A stretch of 64,000 bases of DNA from assembly GCF_009914755.1 (NCBI RefSeq), contig NC_060938.1. The stretch is one strand, 5' to 3'. Origin of the DNA: the human T2T-CHM13v2.0 reference genome, Homo sapiens. Below are positions 1 through 12,160 of the stretch, piece after piece. Position numbers and translations under genes: made by a program. Position 1 is the first letter of the stretch; every line of letters begins with the position of its first letter. The notes beneath the pieces are model-generated. The model ran no database searches and was not told the origin of the DNA. It worked only from the letters and a program-made list of their open reading frames with translations.

Positions 1-1059
1 CCTTGGGCTCCAGTGTCAATGCTTCCTCCTTAGATCCTCCCTGACCCTGTAAATTTACCTCAGTCTCTATTTCTTAATCCAATAGCTATTTAAATTGATC
101 TTCAATTACTTTGTATGTGGCCAGATATTATTTGTGGGTTATATTCTAATTCCCATTTTTCTGATGTAATTTCAGAGAGCCTAGAAAATATCACCTTGTG
201 AATATCTACTTCCATGAAGTCAGTGACACATTTTTAGGTCTTAAACCTCAATATTTAAAATATTTGTCTCTGGAATTTGAAAATAAGATGTATGCTTTGT
301 TTACTGGATAAAAAGGTTAATCACTTGTTCATCTGATTAGTAATCAAAGTTTCTAAAATTTATTTAATACTTGATGTTACTTTATGTTTTATATAAATGT
401 GTATTTCTATGACAGTTTTAGTGTCACCTAATATTATTTTCAATGTTGTAATTTTTATGTATATGAATCTTTGTGCTATACATTTTAGTGTCATTGGTAT
501 GAAAGCTATATGTGCAAATAGCTTGAAATAGCACCTAACACATCATGGATTCTATGTAAATATTCACCACTCTATTTCATCGCATTTTAACCAATTAATA
601 CCATTCTTCATTTGCTAACATTTTGTTTGTCCTCATTCAAATGTGTGTTGGTGTCCTGTCTACATATTAATAAAAGAGAGGAGGTAGGCCCAGACTTCCA
701 TCTTGATTAAATGCTAAGACAAATGGCACATTTTCCTAGTTCTATTTATATGCAACATTACATTTGTCTCACACTATAAATATGAGTATTCAGTTAAGTA
801 CAGCAAAAAAAAAAAAAAAATCTTAACCTTCCTACAACAGATGTTGGGATATTCACGGATTGTCCACAACTTCCTTCTCCCAACATTACTTTTATTCTTA
901 CATCTCAACTGCCACAAAAACCTAGAAGCATGAAATACTACAAATTAGAAACAAATTCCCTGCTATACACAAATTGTAAAAGTAAACCAAGAAGAAAGAG
1001 AATATATGCGTACTTATACAGCAAGTAAATAGATTAGACTAATGAGAACTCTTCTTCAG

Positions 1060-1710
1060 TCTAGCCCAGGCTCACATAGCTTCACTAGTGAATTCTATTA
1101 AACACTTAATGAATAACCAATCCTTCACAAACACTTGCAAAGCAGAGAAGCAGGAAAACATCAATTCATTTTTGAGGCCAGTATTACCCAGATAACAAAT
1201 CAGACAAAAGCATCACAAGAAAATAAATAAATAAAAATAAAATAAATCCCTCATGAATGAAGGCAGAAATCTCCAAAAACTCTAGCAAACTAGAGGAAGC
1301 AACACATAAAAATGTTAGACAAGCCTGGCATGGCAGTGCACACCTGTAGTCCCAGCTACTTAGGAGGCTGAGGTGGCAGGAACACTTAAGCCCAGGAGTT
1401 TGAGGTTATAGTTAGCTGTGACTGTGCCACTCCACCCCAACCTGGGGGACAGAGTGAGGCCTCACCTCTAATAAAAATTAAAGAAAATTAGAAAAAAGTT
1501 AGACAATATAACCAAGTGGAATTATCTTACAAATACAAATTTAAAAATCAATCAGTGTAATACACCATATTAATAGAATAAAGGAAAAGACCATGAGGAT
1601 TTCAATGGATGTCTGACAATGTCTGACACTCATTCCTGATGAATCTTCCAGAAATCTAGCAATAGAAATAACTTCCTGAACCTCCTAAAGGACATCCATG
1701 AAAATTTAAT
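1060..1710 (+). mobile_element. Old L1 (L1M-type) ORF2 fragment, interrupted by an Alu monomer
   Basis: Degenerate L1 ORF2 motifs (cttcactagtgaattctat, gaggccagtattacc, aaatcaatcagtgtaatacaccatattaatagaataaagg); boundaries approximate. Confidence 0.65.
1323..1497 (+). mobile_element. Free Alu monomer (FRAM/FLAM-like)
   Basis: cctgtagtcccagctacttaggaggctgagg...gacagagtgaggc plus A-rich tail; flanked by direct repeat gttagacaa at 1314-1322 and 1498-1506. Confidence 0.85.
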
Positions 1711-3221
1711 AAATTCCACTAGGGTATATTGAAAGGCATATTGATACTTCCAACTTTATGGTTTTAAAAATTAACAATGAAATAAGAACTAATAACAGTA
1801 ATCTATCCATCTGGGAAACATTAAACACCTTTCTAACAATATTACTTTTGATGTGATAAAGGTAAAAATCCAAATTTAATAAGAGCAGTGCTTTTGAGAA
1901 GACTAAAATTTGGTGTTCCTAATTTTTCTGACTTATTAGCAATTAGAATCTAATTATCAATAATGCCAAGAAGACAGGAGTACTCTCCAATGACATTAAA
2001 ATGTATAACACAAAGATTTATAGTTAGGCATAATGTATAACACAAATATTCATTGTTTGGCATAACAGCATTTCATATTTGAATCATTTAATAACATTTT
2101 CATCATTGCGTATTCTCCTGGAAATAACACACAATACACACTTCAAAAAACCAGAGCTTTTGCTGGGGATATGTGCTCCTTCCAAAGGCAATTGATTGTG
2201 TGCAATATTCTGAGAATTAATTCCTCCAAAGGTAAAGTGTGGCTATCTGGGCTTCTGGTAATATCCTGAAAATTCACATATTCAAAAAGTCTTTTCCACT
2301 ACAAACCACCATAAATGCTGGACAACAGAATATCGGCTCAACTGCCCAAATTATACTTTGGGGCTTTTGTACACAGTTTTTGCACAGAAATATTTAAGTG
2401 AATATAAATTAATTGAAATGTTTTCCCGGTGGATATTGAGGGAGAAACAGAAAAATCCAAGACAATCCCCTGTGGAAGAAAATTCTCCGACCCAAATCTC
2501 AACCGAACTCAAAGCGCTGAACAGCGCATCAATTAAGACCTGTCAAATATAATCACACTATCTAATAGTTTTAAATACGCAAAATAAAGAGCACCAAAGT
2601 CAATGTAATTCAGAAATAACAACAACAAAACCAGAGCACCCCGATGCAATTAGGCCTCAAGGAATTCCAAAGTAGTGTATTAGGTATAGAAAATACATAT
2701 GTATTTAGAAATGTTTACAGAGATTAGAGAGAATTTTTTAAAAAAGATTTGGCCTCTAAGACAGTTAACAATTCCAGTAAAGAAGAAAAGAGAAATTCAA
2801 TGTTTGATATACATACATAAAAATAAATTTTAGGAAAATGAAAAGTCCATGTGATGACAGAATCCAAATTATATAAAAGATAGAAACCTCAATATTTGTT
2901 TTTACACATTTTAAGGAAAAAACAACCCTGAAAGCATAAAATGCAGAAAATAATGTTAATAATTCTTGAGTTTTCAAGTCCCTCTCACTGACTTTGGCAC
3001 TTAGAGAACAGCCAGCACAGGCTCAGGATCACCAAATGGGCATTTCTGCCAAGGAGACAAAACTCATGAAAATGGAGCAGAAAGCTATGCGCACAAGATG
3101 GATGGATGCTCCTCTCCCAGAGACCAGCAGGTTCAGGTGTAGAGGGAGTGGGCCAGGGAGGGGCTGTGAGCACCAACCTGGGAGGGGTGGCTAGACTTCC
3201 ATGGGACCCTCCCATCAGCAG

Positions 3222-3665
3222 GTTTAAAAATAGGCACATAGACCAATGGAACAGATGAGAGAACCCAGAAATTAACCCAAATACTTACAGCCAACTGATC
3301 TTCAACAAAGTGAACAAAAACATAAAGTGGGGAAAGGACATCCTTTTCAACACATGATGTTGGGATAATTGGCAAGCCACATATAGGGGAATAAAACTGG
3401 ATTTTCATCTCTCACCTTATACAAAAATCTACTCAAGATGGATTAAGAACTTAAACCTAATTCCTGAACTATAAAAATTCTAGAAGATAACACTGGATAA
3501 ACCCTTCTAGACCTTGGCATAGGCAAGGATTTCATGACCAAGAAACCAAATGCAAATGCAATAAAAACAAAGATAAATAGCTGGGACTTAATTAAACTAA
3601 AGAGCGAGCTTTTGCATGGCAAAGGGAACAGTCAGCAGAGTAAATAGACAACCCACAGAGTGGGA
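3222..3665 (+). mobile_element. L1 (L1PB-like) ORF2 3'-region fragment cut off by the telomeric tract
   Basis: cacatagaccaatggaacaga...ggcaaggatttcatgacc...gacaacccacagagtggga, ending abruptly at the repeat. Confidence 0.85.
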
Positions 3666-3867
3666 CCCCTGACCCCTGACCCTGACCCCTAACCCCTAAC
3701 CCTAACCCCTAACCCTAAACCCTAACCCCAACCCTCACCCTAACCCAGCCCTAACCCCTAATCCCTAACCCCTAACCTCTCTTAACCCCTAACTCTAAAC
3801 GTTGACTCCCAACCTCTAACTCTGACCCCCACCCCAACCCTAAACTTAACCCCAACCCCTAACCCTA
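3666..3867. repeat. Interstitial degenerate telomeric repeat (CCCTAA)n; TTAGGG on the minus strand
   Basis: Tandem ccctaa with variants ccctga, cccctaa, ccccaa, ccctca, ctctaa. Confidence 0.97.
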
Positions 3868-4600
3868 GGTTTGTTACTACGTTTGTATTGACTATGTCAA
3901 TGTTGATTATTATGATCACTGTCTTAGGACTGCACAGCAGTGAGGGGATTGCGGATCTTATATTAATATTTTTGTATTGAGGCAGTGCATTAGCATTACA
4001 GGTGCTTGTTACATGAGCAATGGGGGTGTCATGTCTGCATTAGGAATGCTGCATTTGTCTTCCGAGGCTGCGGTATGTATCTCGCACTGCGGCCACCTCG
4101 CCTTGGCTGGGGAGAACCTCGGTGGGCAGGATTCAGAGGGGCTTTTGATTTCCCGTTTTCCACACTGAACCCTTCTAACTGGTCTCTGACACTGATTATT
4201 CAGGGCTGCAAACAGGAAGGATTTTATTCACCGTCGATGCGGCCCCGAGTTGTCCCAAAGCGAGGCAGTGCCCTCAAGGTCTGTGCTGAGGAGAACCTTG
4301 CTCTGCCTTCGCGGTGTCCCCGGGGTCTGTGCTGAGCAGAACACAGCTCCGCCCTCGCGGTGCCCCCGACCCGCCCAGGTCTGTGCTGAGGAGAACATTG
4401 CTCCACCTTCGCTGTATCTCCGAAGCCTGTGCAGAGGAGAAAGCTCCGCCATCACGACGCTCTCCGGGTCTGTGCTGAAGAGAACGCAGCTCCACCCTTG
4501 CAAAGGCCCCCAGCGCCGGCGCAGGCGCAGAGAGGCCCTCCCCCTGCCAGCGCCGGCGCAGGCGCGAAGAGGCGCACCCGAACCCGAATCCTAATCCTGA
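3868..4600. repeat. TAR1-type subtelomeric repeat, including tctgtgctgaggagaac units and 29-bp-type gcgccggcgcaggcgcagagagg units
   Basis: About five tctgtgc(tg)a(g)gagaa-type units at ~4280-4490 and two cagcgccggcgcaggcgc units at ~4511 and ~4548, directly proximal to the CCCTAA tract as at human chromosome ends; short cccgaa/cctaat tract at ~4577-4600. Confidence 0.9.
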
Positions 4601-5830
4601 CGCCGTCCTAAGAGCCCTGGGGAGACCTTAGGGAACAAGCATTAAACTGACACTCGAGTCTGTAGCCGGCTGTGCCAAAAGACTTGAGGTTGGGGTGATA
4701 CGGGAGCAGGGGTCGGGGAAGAAAGCGTTCTGGTTTTAGACCCACAGGAAGATCTGTGAAGCGCTCTTGGGTAGAGCACATGTTGCCGGGCATGCCCTTG
4801 AAAACAGCCTAAGAAGAGGGGGCGTCTGGAAGGAACCGCAACGCCAAGGGAGGGTGTCCAGCCTTCCCGCTTCAACACCTGGACGCATTCCGGAAAGTTT
4901 CCTAAGAAAGCCAGAAAAATAATAAAAAAATAATAATCCAGAGGCCAGGGGGCGCTAATGGGGCTTTACTGGGACTATCTGGCTTAATCCTCCAAACAAC
5001 CCTGCCACAGCAGCCCATCAGTCCTCTGAGACAGGTGAGGAACCTGAGGTCGCAGGAGGACACCCAGAATGTCCAGGCAGAGCCCCCTAGGCCCCCACAC
5101 CTCCCCCCGTGGCAACTCCAATCCCAGCTTTTTTCGTTAGTAAGGCACTCCGGCTGCAGGTCCACGCCCACTCCCCCAAGCGGGGAAGGAGCTTCGCGCT
5201 GCCGCCAGCTGGGGACTGGGCACCGCCCTCCCGCGGCTCCGGAGCCGGCTGCCACCAGGGGCGCGCCCGCGGTGTCCGGGAGCCTGGCGGCGCGTCTGCA
5301 GCGGCCAGTGCACCTGCTCCTGCCCTCACCGCGGTCTCTGCCAGGACCCCGACGCCCAGCCGGACCCTGCCCTCCAGCGGGGCTGCGGCTCCACAGCCTG
5401 CGACAGCAGCCCCACCTGGCATTCGGCGTGCTCCTGGGGGCAGAGGTCGCGGTGTCCTCAGGCTGTGGCGCCAGCCTGCAACCCCCACGCCGGGCTCGGG
5501 CCCCGGCTGAGGAGGGCGATGCTCCCTGGGTAGGGCGACCGGTCGCCTGGGCTGCGAGGGCGGCTTAGGGGCGGAAGCGGCGGTCCAGGGCCGCCTGATG
5601 CAGCAGCCTGTCCCAGCCGCGGTCCCTCCAGTCCCTCCCTGGCGGCTGCGGAGCCGTCCGAGGACAGGGGCCATAAACTCTCCAGAGCGGGAAGCCGCAC
5701 CCTGGTGGCCCGGCTCCGCGCCCAGACCTGGCCGCAGCTGGCACCTGACCCGCTGCATGGGTCTCCAGGGAGCTCGCTGCCAACCTGGCGCTGCAGCCTC
5801 GGCTCCCTCATACGCGCTCTGGTAGGTGCT
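4230..5830. promoter_or_regulatory. CpG island
   Basis: Very GC-rich and CpG-dense (ccgcgg, ggcgcgcc, GC boxes such as ggggcgg near 5567) against an AT-rich, CpG-poor background; not computed. Confidence 0.8.
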
Positions 5831-6420
5831 AGGGACGACCCTATGGGCCAGCTTGCCACGCCAAGTCCCCAGGCCACACCCACCCTGGCTCCCTGGGCTA
5901 GGGGACTGGCTCCTCCTGTGGGTCGTGGGGCTGGCAGGCAGGGACTTTAGGGGAGAGGGAGGGACAGAGGGCAGCCCCTGCTGTGTGCGCAGCGAGGTCC
6001 TGCACAGGCCTCTGTTGCAGAGCGTGCAGCTTCAGCTGGGACTGGATTGCAGGTGGAGATGACTGTTTGTGCGCACACCTGGGGGTGAAGAGGACGCAGC
6101 CTGTCTACCTGACCCATGAAATGGAGGAGACTGTACCACAGAAGCAGCGGGTTCACTGCTCCATTGATGAAGCAAGTCTGGGACACACATGTAGCTAAGC
6201 TGCGACTTCTGTGCCAGCGGTCCCAACACCCACGCCTTCAGGAAGACACATGTGTGGGGGTTGCGTGCTTGTCAGGCCTGAGAGTGGAGAGTGGGGGCCA
6301 GAGACACTAGGTAGGGGGAACCCGCCCGAGGGCTCTGAGGGATGACGATGTAGGGAGCTGGTGGCAGAGATTGAGCTGGCCCAATGTTGCAGGGTGGGGA
6401 CAGAGTCGAGGTCCACCCCG

Positions 6421-9400
6421 CCTCAGGTGGACAGCTGAACCTGAGTAGACATCAGGCCCCAGATCGACATCTGGCCCCAGGTAGATTCCTAGGCCCAAGG
6501 TGAATACTCAGTCTCCAGCCCTAGGGGAATTCAGTCTTAGATGACTAAGGACTGGTGTTCCTCTGGGGCCTCATGTCTACCTGGGCGCTGGGAGTGCACA
6601 TGGAGCCAGATGTCTATAAAGGGCCTGAGTGTCCACTAGGGCCTGAGGTTCACCAGGAACATAGACACCCACCTAGGACCTCGTGTCCACCTAAAACCTG
6701 GTGTTCACCTGGGGTCTGGGTGACAACCTGGGATCTGATGTTCACCTGAGGCCCAGAGTTCAGCTGGTGCCTATGTCAGCCTGGCACCTGATGCACACGA
6801 GAGGACTAGGTGCCCACCTGAGGACTGGTGTTCTTGGGGAACTGGTGTTCAGCTGTGGATTGATGACCAACTGGGTCCTGGTGTCCTCCTGGCACCTGAT
6901 GTCCACCTGGGACTGCATGCTTACCTAGGGTCTGGTGTTCCCCTGGGGCCTGGTGTGCCCCTGAGACCTGGGGTCCACCTGGGCCTAGTATCCACTTGGG
7001 GCCTCATATTCATCTGGAACATCATGTCCACTTGAGGCCTTGTAGTTACCTAGGGACTGGGTGTCCTTCTGGCACTTCAGTGTCCTCCTGGGGCCTGGGG
7101 TTCTCCTGGGGCCTGGGTTTACATCTCTGGCCTGATGTCCACCTTGGGATGGATGTCCACCTGGGGACAGATGTTCATTTGTGGCCTGAGTGTCCATCTC
7201 GTGTCTAATGTCTACCTGGGGCCTGGTGTTTGCCTGAGGCCTTATATCCACCTGGGGCCTGGGCATCCATTTGAGGCCTGATGTCTAACTAAGACCCGGT
7301 GTTTAATTGGGGCACAGACTTCTTCCTGGAGCCCAATGTTCACCTGGAGCCTGAAGTTCACCTATGCCTGTTGTCTACCTGAGGCCTATGTGTCAGCCTA
7401 GCGCCTGAAGACCACCCTGAGTTCAGTGTTCACCTGGGGACTGACATCTGCCTGGAGTCCTGGTGTCCACATAGGGCCTGGTATTGGCTTGGGACCAAAG
7501 TATTTACCTAGGGCCTGGGTGTCTACTTAGAGCCTGACTTCTACATGGTTCATTGTGTCAACCTGAGACCTGATGTCCACTTAGGGTCTAGGTAAGCTCC
7601 TTATGATTAAAGCCCACATGGGGGCTGAAACCATCTCACACCTTGTGTTAACCTAGGGCTTAGTGTCCACCTGAGGCCGGCCTGGGACCTGGTGACTCCC
7701 TGGGGTCAAGGTATCCACCTTGGGCCTGATGACCAGTTGGGGCTTAAGGATCTACCTAGAGACTGGTGTCAACCTGGAACCTGATGTCCACTTGGGTTCT
7801 GGTGTACACCTTGGGCCTGATGCCCACCTGGGCATGGGTGTACACTTTGGGCCTAGTGTGCACTGAAGCCTGGGTGTCAACCTGGGTCTTGATGCACACT
7901 TTTAGTCAAGTGTTTAACAGGGGCCTGATGAAATACTAGAGCCTGATTTACACCTGTGTACTGGGTCTCCACCTGGGGCCTGATGTCCACCTGCAGCCAG
8001 ATATCCACCTGGCACCAGATGTCTACCAGGAATCTGGGTGTCCACCTTGAAAATGATGTATTCCAAGAGACTAGGCATGCACATTGGGCCTGGGGTCCAC
8101 CTGGGTCCTGATGTCTACCTAAGGCTGGTATTGAACTGGGGCCTGTGTGTTCACTTGGAGCCTGATGTTCATTTGGAACCTGGTGTTCACCTAGGACATG
8201 GGTATCCACCTGGATCCTGATTTTCAGGTGGGGAGTGGATATAGACCTGGGACCTGATGGCCACCTATGCTATAAGTAACCCAACCACCTGAGGCCTGAT
8301 ATTCACCTGCGGCCTGATGTCCACCTGGTACCTGTGTGTCAATCTAGTGCCTGGTGTCCACTTGAGGACTAGGTAGACACCTGGGGCTTGGTGTCCACCA
8401 GAGACCTGGTGTTCATCTTGCAACCAGTGTCCACCTGGACCCTGTGTATCAACCTGTGGCCTAGGTGGCCACTTGGAGCTTTATGTGCACCTGGGTCCTG
8501 AGAGTTTCCTAGGATCTGATGACCACTGGGGCCCAGCGATCCACCTGGGACATCAGGCTCCAAGTGTACGCCCAGGCTCCATATGGACACCAGGCCAGGA
8601 GAATGCCAGCCCTTATCTGAACATCAGGTCCTAGATGGATGCCCAGGTCCCATATGTACATCAGGCCCCAGGTATACACTGGACTCCAGGTGGACACCAG
8701 CACTCAGTTGGATACACACACTCAAGGTGGACACCAGGCCCCACGTGAATTCCTACACTCCAGGTGAACATCAGGTCCCAAGTGGATACCTGGACCCCAG
8801 ATGGATACCAGTCTCTAAATTAATACCAGGCCTCAGATGGTCCTTAGGAGCCATGTGGGCATTAGTCATCAGGAAGTTACCTAGGCCCAAAGTGGACATC
8901 AGGCCCCATGTTGACACAAGATCCAGTTGGAAGTCAGGCCCCAGGTGGACACCCAGGCCCTAGGTAAATACTTAGGTCCCAAGTTGACAGCAGGCCCTAT
9001 GTGAACACTCAGAACTCAGGTGGACATGAGGCCTCAGGTGGACATCTGAGTTCATCTGGAACCTCATGTTACAGGCCCCATGTAAACACCGGGCCTTAGG
9101 TGGATACCCAATCTCTAGGTGGACATCAGAGCTCAGATTGACACAAAGACGCCAGTAGACATAATGTACTAATGAATATCCAGGCCCCTGGTAAATACCC
9201 AGGCCCCAGATTGACACCAGGGTCTATGTGGACACACAGGCCCCAGTTAGAAAACAGGCCCAAGGGAGACACTGGACTGGACATCAGGTCCCAGGCTGAC
9301 AACCATGCTTCAAGTTGACACCAGGCCCCAAGTGAACATCTGGCCCCAGCTGAACACTAGTCCCCTGGTGAATACCTAGGCCCAAGGTTGAAATCAGGCC

Positions 9401-11185
9401 CCATGTGAACACTAGACCCCAGATAAACACTTATACCCTAAGTGGGCATCAAGCCTCAGGTGGTTACCTGTTCCCAAGGTGAACATCAGGACCCTGATGG
9501 GCACCAGTTATCAAGTGGATTCCTAGGCCCCAGGTGAATATCAAGCCCTAGGTGGATACCAGGCCCCAGGTGGATACCAGGATCCTGGTAGACATCAGGT
9601 CCCAAGAGGACCCTAGAACCCAGGAATACATTAGGCCACATTAACACGAAGGCCCCAGATGAATACCAGGCCAATTGTGGACATCAGGCCTGAGAAGGTT
9701 CCTCAGGCTCCAGGTGGACATCAGGCGCCAGGTGAACATCCAGCACTCAGATGAACATTAAGCTTCAGGTGGACATCATGCCTCAGGTGAACTCCAGGCC
9801 CCAGCTAAACATCAGGCCCCAGGTGGATGCCCAGGTTCCGGGTGCACATCTGGCCACAGTTGGACATTCGACCCTAGGTGACCATCAGGCCATAGGTGAA
9901 TACACGGTTTCCAGGTGGACATCAGATCAAAGGTAAACATCAGTCCCCCAGTGGACATCAGGCCCAAGATGGACACTGAACTAGAGGTTTACATCAGGCC
10001 ACACATTGACACCTGGTCCCAGGTGGACATCAGGCCCCAGGTGGATACCTAGGCTTCCAGTGAATTTGACACCAGGTTGACATTCAGGCCCCCAGTGGTC
10101 ATCTGGCCTCATGTGAACACTCAGACCCCAGGTGCACATGATGTCTCAACTGGACACCAAACCCCTAGTTTGATACCCAAGGCCCAGGTGGACACCAGGT
10201 CCAAGGCTGACACTCAAGCCCTAAATGAATACCAAATTCTAGGTGAATAATTCAACCCAGGTGTTCATTAGGACCCAGCTGGATACCAGTCCCCAGGTTA
10301 ACACAAGGCCCCCGGTGGGCACCTAGGCACCAGCTGGACATCAGGCCCTATGTAAACACCCGGGTCTCCGGTGAAAACCATGTCCCAGGTGGACATCAGG
10401 CACTACGTGGACACGGGTCCACAGGTGGACATCTAGCCACTGGGCGACATCCAGCCCCAGGCGGTCATAACCATTTCCATGGATAAACCATTCCCAGGTG
10501 GATATCAGGCCTCAGGAGGATGGCAGTCACCAGGTAGCCATCAGGCCTCAGATAGACGCCAAGGTCCCAGATGTACAGCAGGCACCAACTGAACCCCAGA
10601 CTCATGTGGACATCAGGCCACAGGTAGACACCAAGCCTTAGGTAGATACCTAACTTCAGGTGGACATCAGACCCCAGGTGGACACCCAGTCCCCGGGTGG
10701 ACAATCAGGCCCCAGGCACACATCAGGCCTTAAGTGGACACCCAGGCCCCAAGTTGATATCCAGCTCCCAGGTGATCACCAAGCCCCAGGTAGACACCAG
10801 GCCAAAGCTGAGCAACAGGATGCAGTAGATCATCAGGCCACAGCTGGATACCAGTCCCCGGTGAACACAAGGCCCCAGTGGGACACAGATCTAAGGCAGA
10901 CATCAGGCCCCAGGTGGACATACAGGCCTGAGGTGGAATTCACCCTGAGGGGGACATTCGGCCCCAGGTGCGCATCAGGCCTCAGGTGAATAACCAGTCC
11001 CCAGGTGGACATTAGCCTGCAGGTCAACCACAGTCCCCAGGTTGATACCTGATCTCCAAGTGGCTACCCAATCTGCAGGGTAACATTAGGCCCCTGTAGG
11101 ATCCCAGGCTGCAAGTGGATTCCTAGGCCTCTGGTGAACATCAGGTGCAGGTGTCCAAGCAGGTCCTGGGTGGACATAACTGTGT
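6421..11185. repeat. Diverged tandem array of ~18-19-bp units (consensus ~caggtggacatcaggccc) with internal strand switches
   Basis: caggtggacatcaggcc orientation at ~6421-6515, reverse complement ggcctgatgtccacctg at ~6555-8548, then forward again at ~8549-11185. Confidence 0.93.
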
Positions 11186-11346
11186 ACAGGTAAGGAGTTG
11201 ACCTGTGGGGAGGGTGAGCAGTCAGCAGCCCACTGGGGTCCTGAGAAAGTTTTCTGGAAGGAGGAGGCCGAGGGGATGGAAACTTAAAGAAGCGACCTCA
11301 CTTCCTTGGCAACAGACCCTAACAGAACTAAGAATTCTGGTAACCA

Positions 11347-11920
11347 GGCCAGGCACGTTGGCTCACACCTGTAATCCCAGCACTTTGGGAGGCTGAGGCA
11401 GGAGGATCATGAAATCAGAAGATCGAGACCAGCCTGACCAACATGGTAAAACCACATGTCTACTAAAAATACAAAAAACAAACAAGGTCAGCAAATCGAG
11501 TCCATCCTGGCTAACACAGTGAAACCCCGTCTCTACTAAAAATACAAAAATTATCTGGGCATAGTGGTGGGTGCCAGTAGTCCCAGCTACTCAGGAGGCT
11601 GAGGCAGGAGAATGGCATGAACTCAGGACCCAGAGCTTGCAGTGAGCCAAGATCTCGCCACTGCACTCTATCCAGCCTGGGGGACAGAGCGAGACTCTGT
11701 CTCAAAAAAACAAACAAACAAACAAACAAACAAACACAAAAAAACTAGCCAGGTGTCGTGGTGTGTGTCTCATGCCTGTAATCCCAGCTACTCAGGAGAC
11801 GGAGGCAGGAGAAGTGATTGAACCCAGTAGGCGGATGTTGCACTGAGCCGAGATCATGCCACTGCACTCCAGCCTGGCCAACAGAATGAGACTATGTCTC
11901 AAAAAAAAAAAAAAAAAGAA
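11347..11920 (+). mobile_element. AluS-type element split by a nested Alu
   Basis: Left arm 11347-~11484, right arm ~11745-11900, A tail; TSD aagaattc(tgg/caa)taacca at 11330-11346 and 11921-11937. Confidence 0.92.
11485..11744 (+). mobile_element. 5'-truncated AluY-like element inside the host Alu's A-rich linker
   Basis: atcctggctaacacagtgaaacc, gaatggcatgaac, gagcttgcagtgagcc (AluY-type residues); (caaa)n tail. Confidence 0.85.
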
Positions 11921-12160
11921 AAGAATTCCAATAACCAGGCACCCACATCCTAGAGTTAGCCCCGTAGCCAGCTCACTTGGTGGGAGACACTCAAGAGAGC
12001 AAGATGTTGTGCTGCATCCCCACATCTCCAGGCTCTGGCTTCAGGAATGGCAGAAGTGAGAGCCTTTCTTTGCTGATGATGCCCTCGTAGGCTCATCCCT
12101 CACCCCAGATGCCTCTGGCCATTTGGCAGAAGCCCCCCCCCCCAGGTACCACAGGACAGG

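Noticed and set aside
3977-6498. Overlapping ORFs up to 223 aa in the GC-rich island
   Set aside because: Low-complexity Pro/Ala/Gly/Arg products on both strands, as expected from stop-poor GC-rich DNA; no recognisable domain
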